DNA of 64,000 nucleotides. Origin: Candidatus Omnitrophota bacterium (GTDB lineage: Bacteria; Omnitrophota; Gorgyraeia; Zapsychrales; JANLHA01). Positions within the stretch are counted from its first letter, which is position 1. Each line of letters starts with the position of its first letter. The translations under genes were made by a program, and so were the position numbers. Under the pieces are notes generated by a model. That model was given only the letters and a program-made list of their open reading frames with translations, was not told the origin of the DNA and ran no database searches. Positions 48,501 to 63,500 of the stretch are shown here, piece after piece. The stretch lies in assembly GCA_963662715.1 (NCBI GenBank), contig OY759724.1, forward strand, positions 3,293,845 through 3,357,844, written 5' to 3'.

Positions 48501-51500
48501 GCTCGCTGATACTCTGCCAGTTGATTCCCGTATCCGACAACTCGCTGATATTCTCCCAGTTCACCCCGCTTGAGGACATCTCCCCGATGTTCACCCAATT
48601 GATCCCCGTCGTTGTCAATTCACTAATATTGCTCCAATTCACTCCGCTCGATGTCATCTCCCCAATATTAACCCAGTTGATCCCCGTAGCACTCATGTCA
48701 CTGATGTTTGTCCAATTAATCCCTCTGTCACTCATCACATCAATATCCTGCCAATTGATTCCCGCTTCACTTAAATCATTCACACTCACCCAGTTGATCC
48801 CCGCGTCACTTAATACCCCTAAGTCCTGCCAATTAATCCCTGTATCACTTAATACATCCACATCCAGCCAGTTGATCCCCGCATCACTCATCACATCGAT
48901 ATCCAGCCAGTTGATCCCCGCATCGCTCATATCACTCACACTCACCCAATTGATCCCCGTATCACTTAACACATCCACATCCAGCCAGTTGATTCCCGCG
49001 TCACTCAAAATATCAAAATCTGCCCAGTTAATTCCTGCATCACTCAATACATCCACATCCAGCCAGTTGATCCCCGCGTCACTTAACACATCGATATCTG
49101 TCCAATTGACTCCCGCCTCTGTCATTTCTCCTATATTCAACCAGTTTATCCCTTGCGTTGTCATCTCTCCGATGTTTGCCCAATTCACTCCCGTTGTACT
49201 CATCTCGCTGATGTTCTCCCAGTTGATCCCCGTGTCCGATAACTCACTGATATTTTCCCAGTTCACCCCGCTTGAGGACATCTCCCCGATATTCGCCCAG
49301 TTGATCCCCGTACTGCTCATCTCACTGATATTGACCCAATTCACTCCCCGCGAGGACATCTCCCCGACATTTGCCCAATTGATCCCCGTCGTACTCATCT
49401 CGCTGATATTTTCCCAGTTAATTCCTGTATCTGACAACTCGCTGATGTTCTCCCAGTTAATCCCCGTATCTGACATCTCGCTGATGTTCTCCCAGTTGAT
49501 TCCCGTGTCCGATAACTCGCTGATATTTTCCCAATTGATTCCCGTTGTACTCATCTCACTGATATTTTCCCAATTTACTCCGCTTGATGACAACTCTCCA
49601 ATATTTACCCAATTAATCCCTGCGGCACTCATATCATAAACATTAGTCCAATTAATCCCCTTATCACTCATCACATCGATGTCCGACCAATTGATTCCTG
49701 ATTCACTCATATCTCCAATACTCGTCCAATTAATCCCTGCCGTTGTCAATTCTCCAATATTTACCCAGTTGATCCCCGTCGTACTCATCTCGCTGATATT
49801 TTCCCAGTTGATCCCCGTATCCGACAGCTCGCTGATGTTCTCCCAGTTGATCCCCGTATCCGACATCTCGCTGATGTTCTCCCAGTTGATCCCCGTATCC
49901 GACAGCTCGCTGATGTTCTCCCAGTTGATCCCCGTATCCGACATCTCGCTGATATTCTCCCAGTTGATCCCCGTATCCGACAATTCGCTGATATTCTCCC
50001 AGTTGATCCCCGTACTGCTCATCTCGCTGATATTTTCCCAGTTAATCCCTGTATCACTCATCACATCGATGTCCAGCCAGTTGATCCCCGCATCACTCAT
50101 ATCATTCACACTCACCCAGTTGATCCCCATATCACTCATCACATTGATATCCTGCCAGTTGATCCCTGCCTCACTTAACTCCGCAATACTCATCCAGTTG
50201 ATCCCCGTATCCGACAGTTCACTGATGTTCTCCCAGTTGATCCCCGTACTGCTCATCTCGCTGATGTTCTCCCAGTTGATCCCCGTATCCGACATTTCAC
50301 TGATGTTTTCCCAGTTAATCCCCGTGTCCGACATCTCACTGATATTCTCCCAGTTGATCCCCGTATCCGACAGCTCGCTGATGTTCTCCCAGTTGATCCC
50401 CGTACTGCTCATTTCGCTGATATTTTCCCAGTTCACTCCGCTTGACGATAACTCCCCGATATTCGTCCAATTAATTCCCGCAACACTCATATCATTCATA
50501 TTGGTCCAGTTAATCCCCGTATCACTCAATACATCCACGTCTAACCAATTAATCCCCGCATCACTTAAATCATTCACGCTCACCCAGTTGATCCCCGCAT
50601 CACTCATTACATCAATATCCAGCCAGTTGATCCCCGTCTCTGTCATAACATCCAAATCCTTCCAATTAATCCCCGCCGTTGTTAGCTCCCCTAAATCAAC
50701 CCAATTAACTCCTGAACTGCTTAATTCATCTATCCCGATCCAGTTAATTCCTGTATCACTCATCACATCGATATCCAGCCAGTTGATCCCCGCATCACTC
50801 ATATCATTCACACTCACCCAGTTGATCCCCATATCACTCATCACATTTATATCCTGCCAGTTAACTCCTGCGTCACTTAATTCCGCAATACTCATCCAGT
50901 TAATCCCCGTATCCGAAAGCTCACTGATGTTCTCCCAGTTGATCCCCGTGTCCGACATCTCACTGATGTTCTCCCAGTTGATCCCCGTATCCGACAGCTC
51001 ACTGATGTTCTCCCAGTTGATCCCCGTGTCCGACATCTCACTGATATTCTCCCAGTTAATCCCCGTATCCGACAGCTCGCTGATGTTCTCCCAGTTGATC
51101 CCCGTACTGCTCATCTCGCTGATATTTTCCCAGTTCACTCCGCTTGACGATAACTCCCCGATATTCGTCCAATTAATTCCCGCAGCACTCATATCATTCA
51201 TATTGGTCCAGTTAATCCCCGTATCACTCAACACATCCACGTCTAACCAATTAATCCCCGCATCACTTAAATCATTCACACTCACCCAGTTGATCCCCGC
51301 ATCACTCATCACATCAATATCCAGCCAGTTGATCCCCGTATCTGTCAGAACATCCAAATCCTTCCAATTAATCCCCGCCGTTGTTAGCTCCCCTAAATCA
51401 ACCCAATTAACTCCTGAACTGCTTAATTCATCTATCCCGATCCAGTTAATTCCTGTATCACTCATCACATCGATATCCAGCCAGTTGATCCCTGCTTCAC

Positions 51501-54500
51501 TCATATCATTCACACTCACCCAGTTGATCCCCATATCACTCATCACATTGATATCCTGCCAGTTAACTCCTGCGTCACTTAATTCCGCAATACTCATCCA
51601 GTTGATCCCCGTATCCGAAAGCTCACTGATGTTCTCCCAGTTGATCCCCGTGTCCGACATCTCACTGATGTTCTCCCAGTTGATTCCCGTATCCGACAGC
51701 TCGCTGATGTTCTCCCAGTTGATCCCCGTGTCCGACATCTCGCTGATGTTCTCCCAGTTCACCCCGCTTGAGGACATCTCCCCGATGTTCACCCAATTGA
51801 TCCCCGTCGTTGTCAATTCACTAATATTGCTCCAATTCACTCCGCTCGATGTCATCTCCCCAATATTAACCCAGTTGATCCCCGTAGCACTCATATCCCC
51901 GATATTCACCCAATTGATCCCCATATCACTCATCACATTTATGTCCTGCCAGTTGATCCCCGTATCGCTCAGCACATCAATATCCAGCCAGTTGATCCCC
52001 GCGTCACTCATCACATCTATGTCCAGCCAATTGATCCCCGCATCACTCATCACATCTATGTCCAGCCAATTGATCCCCGTTTCTGTTAACTCCCCAATAT
52101 TTAACCAATTAATTCCTCCCGTACTCATCTCACTGATATTCTCCCAGTTCACCCCGCTTGAGGACATCTCTCCGATATTCACCCAATTCACACCCGTTGT
52201 GCTCATCTCGCTGATATTCTCCCAGTTCACCCCGCTTGAGGACATCTCCCCGATGTTCACCCAATTGATTCCCGTCGTCGTTAATTCACTAATATTGCTC
52301 CAATTCACTCCGCTCGATGTCATCTCCCCAATATTAACCCAGTTGATCCCCGTAGCACTCATGTCACTGATGTTTGTCCAATTAATCCCTCTGTCACTCA
52401 TCACATCAATATCCTGCCAATTGATTCCCGCTTCACTTAAATCATTCACACTCACCCAGTTGATCCCCGCGTCACTTAATACCCCTAAGTCCTGCCAATT
52501 AATCCCTGTATCACTTAATACATCCACATCCAGCCAGTTGATCCCCGCATCACTCATCACATCGATATCCAGCCAGTTGATCCCCGCATCGCTCATATCA
52601 CTCACACTCACCCAATTGATCCCCGTATCACTTAACACATCCACATCCAGCCAGTTGATTCCCGCGTCACTCAAAATATCAAAATCTGCCCAGTTAATTC
52701 CTGCATCACTCAATACATCCACATCCAGCCAGTTGATCCCCGCGTCACTTAACACATCGATATCTGTCCAATTGACTCCCGCCTCTGTCATTTCTCCTAT
52801 ATTCAACCAGTTTATCCCTTGCGTTGTCATCTCTCCGATGTTTGCCCAATTCACTCCCGTTGTACTCATCTCGCTGATGTTCTCCCAGTTGATCCCCGTG
52901 TCCGATAACTCACTGATATTTTCCCAGTTCACCCCGCTTGAGGACATCTCCCCGATATTCGCCCAGTTGATCCCCGTACTGCTCATCTCACTGATATTGA
53001 CCCAATTCACTCCCCGCGAGGACATCTCCCCGACATTTGCCCAATTGATCCCCGTCGTACTCATCTCGCTGATATTTGTCCAATTAATCCCTCTGTCACT
53101 CATCACATCGATATCGTCCCAATTGATCCCCGCATCACTCAAATCATTCACACTCACCCAGTTAATCCCCGCGTCTGCAAGAACTCCGAGATCTCGCCAA
53201 TTAACCCCCGTATCACTCAATACATCAATGTCCAGCCAGTTAATCCCCGCATCACTCAATACATCGATGTCCAGCCAGTTGATCCCCGCATCACTTAAGT
53301 CATTCATACTTACCCAATTTATCCCGGTATCACTTAGCACATCGATATCATTCCAATTTATCCCTGCCTCACTCATATCTCCAATATTTGTCCAATTAAT
53401 TCCCGCTCTTGTAAAGACACCTAGATCACTCCAATTAATTCCTGAACGAGTTAATTCATTCATTTCAACCCAGTTGATCCCTGTATCACTCATCACATCG
53501 ATGTCCAGCCAGTTGATCCCCGCATCACTCATATCATTCACACTCACCCAGTTGATCCCCATATCACTCATCACATTGATATCCTGCCAGTTGATCCCTG
53601 CCTCACTTAACTCCGCAATACTCATCCAGTTGATCCCCGTATCCGACAGTTCACTGATGTTCTCCCAGTTGATCCCCGTACTGCTCATCTCGCTGATGTT
53701 CTCCCAGTTGATCCCCGTATCCGACATTTCACTGATGTTTTCCCAGTTAATCCCCGTGTCCGACATCTCACTGATATTCTCCCAGTTGATCCCCGTATCC
53801 GACAGCTCGCTGATGTTCTCCCAGTTGATCCCCGTACTGCTCATTTCGCTGATATTTTCCCAGTTCACTCCGCTTGACGATAACTCCCCGATATTCGTCC
53901 AATTAATTCCCGCAACACTCATATCATTCATATTGGTCCAGTTAATCCCCGTATCACTCAATACATCCACGTCTAACCAATTAATCCCCGCATCACTTAA
54001 ATCATTCACGCTCACCCAGTTGATCCCCGCATCACTCATTACATCAATATCCAGCCAGTTGATCCCCGTCTCTGTCATAACATCCAAATCCTTCCAATTA
54101 ATCCCCGCCGTTGTTAGCTCCCCTAAATCAACCCAATTAACTCCTGAACTGCTTAATTCATCTATCCCGATCCAGTTAATTCCTGTATCACTCATCACAT
54201 CGATATCCAGCCAGTTGATCCCCGCATCACTCATATCATTCACACTCACCCAGTTGATCCCCATATCACTCATCACATTTATATCCTGCCAGTTAACTCC
54301 TGCGTCACTTAATTCCGCAATACTCATCCAGTTAATCCCCGTATCCGAAAGCTCACTGATGTTCTCCCAGTTGATCCCCGTGTCCGACATCTCACTGATG
54401 TTCTCCCAGTTGATCCCCGTATCCGACAGCTCACTGATGTTCTCCCAGTTGATCCCCGTGTCCGACATCTCACTGATATTCTCCCAGTTAATCCCCGTAT

Positions 54501-57500
54501 CCGACAGCTCGCTGATGTTCTCCCAGTTGATCCCCGTACTGCTCATCTCGCTGATATTTTCCCAGTTCACTCCGCTTGACGATAACTCCCCGATATTCGT
54601 CCAATTAATTCCCGCAGCACTCATATCATTCATATTGGTCCAGTTAATCCCCGTATCACTCAACACATCCACGTCTAACCAATTAATCCCCGCATCACTT
54701 AAATCATTCACACTCACCCAGTTGATCCCCGCATCACTCATCACATCAATATCCAGCCAGTTGATCCCCGTATCTGTCAGAACATCCAAATCCTTCCAAT
54801 TAATCCCCGCCGTTGTTAGCTCCCCTAAATCAACCCAATTAACTCCTGAACTGCTTAATTCATCTATCCCGATCCAGTTAATTCCTGTATCACTCATCAC
54901 ATCGATATCCAGCCAGTTGATCCCTGCTTCACTCATATCATTCACACTCACCCAGTTGATCCCCATATCACTCATCACATTGATATCCTGCCAGTTAACT
55001 CCTGCGTCACTTAATTCCGCAATACTCATCCAGTTGATCCCCGTATCCGAAAGCTCACTGATGTTCTCCCAGTTGATCCCCGTGTCCGACATCTCACTGA
55101 TGTTCTCCCAGTTGATTCCCGTATCCGACAGCTCGCTGATGTTCTCCCAGTTGATCCCCGTGTCCGACATCTCGCTGATGTTCTCCCAGTTCACCCCGCT
55201 TGAGGACATCTCCCCGATGTTCACCCAATTGATCCCCGTCGTTGTCAATTCACTAATATTGCTCCAATTCACTCCGCTCGATGTCATCTCCCCAATATTA
55301 ACCCAGTTGATCCCCGTAGCACTCATATCCCCGATATTCACCCAATTGATCCCCATATCACTCATCACATTTATGTCCTGCCAGTTGATCCCCGTATCGC
55401 TCAGCACATCAATATCCAGCCAGTTGATCCCCGCGTCACTCATCACATCTATGTCCAGCCAATTGATCCCCGCATCACTCATCACATCTATGTCCAGCCA
55501 ATTGATCCCCGTTTCTGTTAACTCCCCAATATTTAACCAATTAATTCCTCCCGTACTCATCTCACTGATATTCTCCCAGTTCACCCCGCTTGAGGACATC
55601 TCTCCGATATTCACCCAATTCACACCCGTTGTGCTCATCTCGCTGATATTCTCCCAGTTCACCCCGCTTGAGGACATCTCCCCGATGTTCACCCAATTGA
55701 TTCCCGTCGTCGTTAATTCACTAATATTGCTCCAATTCACTCCGCTCGATGTCATCTCCCCAATATTAACCCAGTTGATCCCCGTAGCACTCATGTCACT
55801 GATGTTTGTCCAATTAATCCCTCTGTCACTCATCACATCAATATCCTGCCAATTGATTCCCGCTTCACTTAAATCATTCACACTCACCCAGTTGATCCCC
55901 GCGTCACTTAATACCCCTAAGTCCTGCCAATTAATCCCTGTATCACTTAATACATCCACATCCAGCCAGTTGATCCCCGCATCACTCATCACATCGATAT
56001 CCAGCCAGTTGATCCCCGCATCGCTCATATCACTCACACTCACCCAATTGATCCCCGTATCACTTAACACATCCACATCCAGCCAGTTGATTCCCGCGTC
56101 ACTCAAAATATCAAAATCTGCCCAGTTAATTCCTGCATCACTCAATACATCCACATCCAGCCAGTTGATCCCCGCGTCACTTAACACATCGATATCTGTC
56201 CAATTGACTCCCGCCTCTGTCATTTCTCCTATATTCAACCAGTTTATCCCTTGCGTTGTCATCTCTCCGATGTTTGCCCAATTCACTCCCGTTGTACTCA
56301 TCTCGCTGATGTTCTCCCAGTTGATCCCCGTGTCCGATAACTCACTGATATTTTCCCAGTTCACCCCGCTTGAGGACATCTCCCCGATATTCGCCCAGTT
56401 GATCCCCGTACTGCTCATCTCACTGATATTGACCCAATTCACTCCCCGCGAGGACATCTCCCCGACATTTGCCCAATTGATCCCCGTCGTACTCATCTCG
56501 CTGATATTTGTCCAATTAATCCCTCTGTCACTCATCACATCGATATCGTCCCAATTGATCCCCGCATCACTCAAATCATTCACACTCACCCAGTTAATCC
56601 CCGCGTCTGCAAGAACTCCGAGATCTCGCCAATTAACCCCCGTATCACTCAATACATCAATGTCCAGCCAGTTAATCCCCGCATCACTCAATACATCGAT
56701 GTCCAGCCAGTTGATCCCCGCATCACTTAAGTCATTCATACTTACCCAATTTATCCCGGTATCACTTAGCACATCGATATCATTCCAATTTATCCCTGCC
56801 TCACTCATATCTCCAATATTTGTCCAATTAATTCCCGCTCTTGTAAAGACACCTAGATCACTCCAATTAATTCCTGAACGAGTTAATTCATTCATTTCAA
56901 CCCAGTTGATCCCTGTATCACTCATCACATCGATGTCCAGCCAGTTGATCCCCGCATCACTCATATCATTCACACTCACCCAGTTGATCCCCATATCACT
57001 CATCACATTGATATCCTGCCAGTTGATCCCTGTGTCACTTAACACATCGATATCCATCCAGTTGATCCCTGCTTCGCTTAACTGCCCGATATTTTGCCAA
57101 TTAATCCCTGATCTACTTAACTCACTGATATTCTCCCAGTTGATCCCCGTATCCGACATTTCACTGATGTTTTCCCAGTTAATCCCCGTGTCCGACATCT
57201 CACTGATATTCTCCCAGTTAATCCCCGTATCCGACAGCTCGCTGATGTTCGCCCAGTTAATCCCCGTACTGCTCATCTCACTGATATTCTCCCAGTTCAC
57301 CCCGCTTGATGACATCTCCCCGATATTCAACCAGTTGATCCCCGTACTGCTCATCTCCCCAATATTTAACCAGTTGATCCCTCGGTCACTTAACACATCT
57401 ATATCCAGCCAGTTGATCCCTGCATTCGTCATATCACTCATACTCACCCAATTCATCCCTGCATCACTCATCACATCGATGTCCTCCCAGTTAATCCCCG

Positions 57501-60500
57501 CATCACTCAATACATCAATATCTTCCCAGTTGATCCCCGCCGTTGTTAGCTCCCCTAAATCAACCCAATTAACTCCTGCCCGGCTCAACTCGTCTATTCC
57601 CGACCAATTGATCCCTGCATCACTTAACACATCTATGTCCGCCCAGTTGATCCCCGCTTCACTCATATCATTCACACTCACCCAATTGATTCCCATATCA
57701 CTCATCACATTTATATCCTGCCAGTTGATCCCCGTATCACTTAACACATCGATATCCGTCCAGTTGATCCCTGCTTCGCTCAGAACATCCAAATCTAACC
57801 AGTTAACCCCTGCATCACTTAACACATCTATGTCCGCCCAGTTGATCCCCGCTTCACTCATCACATCTACGTCCAACCAGTTTATCCCCGCGTCACTTAA
57901 ATCATTCACACTCACCCAGTTGATCCCCGCATCACTCAATACATCTACGTCCTGCCAGTTGATCCCCGCTTCACTTAACACATCCAAATCTAACCAGTTA
58001 ACCCCCGCATCACTCAATACATCTACGTCCTGCCAGTTGATCCCCGCGTTCGTCATATCACTCATATTTACCCAGTTCATCCCCGCATCACTCATCACAT
58101 CCACATCCAGCCAATTGATCCCCGCGTCACTCATATCATTCACACTCACCCAGTTGATCCCCATATCACTCATCACATTTATATCCTGCCAGTTGATCCC
58201 CGTATCTGAGAGTACATCCAAGTCCACCCAGTTGATTCCCGCATCCGATAATACATCTAAATCCAACCAATTAACCCCTGCATCACTCAGCGCATCCACA
58301 TCCTGCCAGTTAATCCCCGCATCACTTAACACATCTATGTCCGCCCAGTTGATTCCCGCGTCACTCATATCATTCACACTCACCCAGTTGATCCCCGCCT
58401 CACTCAGTACATTTATATCCTCCCAATTAATCCCCGTATCACTTAACACATCGATATCCGCCCAGTTGATTCCCGCGTCACTTAACTCCCCGATATTCGC
58501 CCAGTTAATTCCTTCTGTACTCATCTCACTGATATTCGCCCAGTTCACCCCGCTTGACGACATCTCCCCAATATTCAACCAGTTCACTCCTGTCGTACTC
58601 ATCTCACTGACATTCGCCCAGTTCACCCCGCTTGACGACATCTCCCCGATATTCAACCAGTTGATCCCCGTATCCGACATCTCACTGATATTCGCCCAGT
58701 TCACCCCACTCGTGGATAACTCCCCGATATTCAACCAGTTCACTCCTGTCGTACTCATTTCACTGACATTCGTCCAGTTGATCCCCGCATCACTCAATAC
58801 ATCCACATCCTGCCAGTTGATCCCCGCGTCACTCATATCATTCACACTCACCCAGTTGATCCCCGCATCACTCAATACATTTATATCCTCCCAGTTAATC
58901 CCCGTATCACTTAACACATCTATATCCGCCCAGTTGATTCCCGCGTCACTTAATTCCCCGATACTCTCCCAGTTAATTCCTGTCGTACTCATTTCACTAA
59001 TATTAATCCAATTAATCCCATTTGATGACATCTCCCCGATATTCGCCCAATTGATACCCGTGTCCGACATCTCGCTGATATTCTCCCAGTTCACCCCACT
59101 CGTGGATAACTCCCCGATATTCAACCAGTTCACTCCTGTCGTACTCATCTCGCTGATATTCTCCCAATTTACCCCACTCGTGGATAACTCCCCGATATTC
59201 AACCAGTTCACTCCTGTCGTACTCATTTCACTGACATTCGTCCAGTTGATCCCCACATCACTCATCACATCTATGTCCTGCCAATTGATCCCCGCTTCAC
59301 TTAAATCATTCACACTCACCCAATTAATTCCTGCATCTGACAAAACGTCCACATCCAGCCAGTTTATCCCCGTATCACTTAACACATCCAGGTCCACCCA
59401 ATTAATTCCTGCATCTGACAGAACGTCCACATCCAGCCAGTTGATCCCCGCATTCGTCATATCACTCATACTCACCCAGTTCATCCCTGCATCACTCATC
59501 ACATCAATATCCGCCCAGTTGATCCCCGCATCACTTAAATCATTCACACTCACCCAATTGATTCCCGCGTCACTTAATACATCAATATCATCCCAGTTGA
59601 TCCCCGTATCACTTAACACATCGATATCCAGCCAGTTGATCCCTGCTTCACTCAATACTTCTACGTCCAGCCAGTTGATCCCCGCATTCGTCATATCACT
59701 CATACTCACCCAGTTCATCCCCGCATCACTCATCACATCGATGTCCTGCCAATTAACCCCCGTATCACTTAACACATCGATATCCGTCCAGTTAATTCCT
59801 GCTTCACTCAATGCATTAATATCCGTCCAGTTGATCCCCGTATCACTTAACACATCCAGGTCCACCCAGTTAATTCCTGCATCACTCAGTATATCTACGT
59901 CCAGCCAGTTGATCCCCGCATTCGTCATATCACTCATACTCACCCAGTTCATCCCTGCATCACTCATCACATCAATATCCGTCCAGTTGATCCCCGCGTC
60001 ACTTAGATCATTCACACTCACCCAATTAATTCCTGCATCACTTAACACATCGATGTCCTGCCAGTTTATCCCCGTATCACTCAGCACATCTATGTCCGCC
60101 CAGTTGATTCCCGCGTCACTCAATACTTCTACGTCCAGCCAGTTTATCCCCGCATTCGTCATATCACCCATGCTCACCCAGTTCATCCCCGCGTCACTCA
60201 TCACATCGATATCCTGCCAGTTTATCCCCGTATCACTTAACACATCGATATCCGCCCAGTTGATCCCCGCGTCACTTAACACATCCAGATCCAGCCAATT
60301 AATCCCCGTATCACTTAATACATCCAAATCCAACCAGTTAACCCCTGCATCACTCATCACATCCACATCCAGCCAGTTGATCCCCGCGTCACTTAACACA
60401 TCTATATCCGCCCAGTTGATCCCTGCTTCACTCATCACATCGATGTCCTGCCAGTTGATCCCTGCGTCACTTAATTCCCCAATACTTTCCCAATTGATCC

Positions 60501-63500
60501 CCGCCGTTGTCATCTCCCCGATATTTTCCCAATTAATCCCTGATCTACTTAACTCACTGATATTCTCCCAGTTGATCCCCGTATCCGACATTTCACTGAT
60601 GTTTTCCCAGTTAATCCCCGTGTCCGACATCTCGCTGATATTCTCCCAGTTCACTCCGCTTGATGACATCTCCCCGATATTCGCCCAGTTAATCCCCGTA
60701 CTGCTCATCTCACTGATATTCTCCCAGTTCACCCCGCTTGATGACATCTCCCCGATATTCAACCAGTTGATCCCCGTACTGCTCATCTCCCCAATATTTA
60801 ACCAGTTGATCCCTCGGTCACTTAACACATCTATATCCAGCCAGTTGATCCCTGCATTCGTCATATCACTCATACTCACCCAATTCATCCCTGCATCACT
60901 CATCACATCGATGTCCTCCCAGTTAATCCCCGCATCACTCAATACATCAATATCTTCCCAGTTGATCCCCGCCGTTGTTAGCTCCCCTAAATCAACCCAA
61001 TTAACTCCTGCCCGGCTCAACTCGTCTATTCCCGACCAATTGATCCCTGCATCACTTAACACATCTATGTCCGCCCAGTTGATCCCCGCTTCACTCATAT
61101 CATTCACACTCACCCAATTGATTCCCATATCACTCATCACATTTATATCCTGCCAGTTGATCCCCGTATCACTTAACACATCGATATCCGTCCAGTTGAT
61201 CCCTGCTTCGCTCAGAACATCCAAATCTAACCAGTTAACCCCTGCATCACTTAACACATCTATGTCCGCCCAGTTGATCCCCGCTTCACTCATCACATCT
61301 ACGTCCAACCAGTTTATCCCCGCGTCACTTAAATCATTCACACTCACCCAGTTGATCCCCGCATCACTCAATACATCTACGTCCTGCCAGTTGATCCCCG
61401 CTTCACTTAACACATCCAAATCTAACCAGTTAACCCCCGCATCACTCAATACATCTACGTCCTGCCAGTTGATCCCCGCGTTCGTCATATCACTCATATT
61501 TACCCAGTTCATCCCCGCATCACTCATCACATCCACATCCAGCCAATTGATCCCCGCGTCACTCATATCATTCACACTCACCCAGTTGATCCCCATATCA
61601 CTCATCACATTTATATCCTGCCAGTTGATCCCCGTATCTGAGAGTACATCCAAGTCCACCCAGTTGATTCCCGCATCCGATAATACATCTAAATCCAACC
61701 AATTAACCCCTGCATCACTCAGCGCATCCACATCCTGCCAGTTAATCCCCGCATCACTTAACACATCTATGTCCGCCCAGTTGATTCCCGCGTCACTCAT
61801 ATCATTCACACTCACCCAGTTGATCCCCGCCTCACTCAGTACATTTATATCCTCCCAATTAATCCCCGTATCACTTAACACATCGATATCCGCCCAGTTG
61901 ATTCCCGCGTCACTTAACTCCCCGATATTCGCCCAGTTAATTCCTTCTGTACTCATCTCACTGATATTCGCCCAGTTCACCCCGCTTGACGACATCTCCC
62001 CAATATTCAACCAGTTCACTCCTGTCGTACTCATCTCACTGACATTCGCCCAGTTCACCCCGCTTGACGACATCTCCCCGATATTCAACCAGTTGATCCC
62101 CGTATCCGACATCTCACTGATATTCGCCCAGTTCACCCCACTCGTGGATAACTCCCCGATATTCAACCAGTTCACTCCTGTCGTACTCATTTCACTGACA
62201 TTCGTCCAGTTGATCCCCGCATCACTCAATACATCCACATCCTGCCAGTTGATCCCCGCGTCACTCATATCATTCACACTCACCCAGTTGATCCCCGCAT
62301 CACTCAATACATTTATATCCTCCCAGTTAATCCCCGTATCACTTAACACATCTATATCCGCCCAGTTGATTCCCGCGTCACTTAATTCCCCGATACTCTC
62401 CCAGTTAATTCCTGTCGTACTCATTTCACTAATATTAATCCAATTAATCCCATTTGATGACATCTCCCCGATATTCGCCCAATTGATACCCGTGTCCGAC
62501 ATCTCGCTGATATTCTCCCAGTTCACCCCACTCGTGGATAACTCCCCGATATTCAACCAGTTCACTCCTGTCGTACTCATCTCGCTGATATTCTCCCAAT
62601 TTACCCCACTCGTGGATAACTCCCCGATATTCAACCAGTTCACTCCTGTCGTACTCATTTCACTGACATTCGTCCAGTTGATCCCCACATCACTCATCAC
62701 ATCTATGTCCTGCCAATTGATCCCCGCTTCACTTAAATCATTCACACTCACCCAATTAATTCCTGCATCTGACAAAACGTCCACATCCAGCCAGTTTATC
62801 CCCGTATCACTTAACACATCCAGGTCCACCCAATTAATTCCTGCATCTGACAGAACGTCCACATCCAGCCAGTTGATCCCCGCATTCGTCATATCACTCA
62901 TACTCACCCAGTTCATCCCTGCATCACTCATCACATCAATATCCGCCCAGTTGATCCCCGCATCACTTAAATCATTCACACTCACCCAATTGATTCCCGC
63001 GTCACTTAATACATCAATATCATCCCAGTTGATCCCCGTATCACTTAACACATCGATATCCAGCCAGTTGATCCCTGCTTCACTCAATACTTCTACGTCC
63101 AGCCAGTTGATCCCCGCATTCGTCATATCACTCATACTCACCCAGTTCATCCCCGCATCACTCATCACATCGATGTCCTGCCAATTAACCCCCGTATCAC
63201 TTAACACATCGATATCCGTCCAGTTAATTCCTGCTTCACTCAATGCATTAATATCCGTCCAGTTGATCCCCGTATCACTTAACACATCCAGGTCCACCCA
63301 GTTAATTCCTGCATCACTCAGTATATCTACGTCCAGCCAGTTGATCCCCGCATTCGTCATATCACTCATACTCACCCAGTTCATCCCTGCATCACTCATC
63401 ACATCAATATCCGTCCAGTTGATCCCCGCGTCACTTAGATCATTCACACTCACCCAATTAATTCCTGCATCACTTAACACATCGATGTCCTGCCAGTTTA

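Noticed and set aside
46325-49639. Long plus-strand ORFs (384 aa and 611 aa) with 'QLIP'-type repeated sequence
   Set aside because: They are antisense reading frames of the 39-bp coding repeat. These frames are broken into pieces of 2 kb or less, whereas the minus frame is open for the full 18.4 kb and leads into a unique C-terminal domain.
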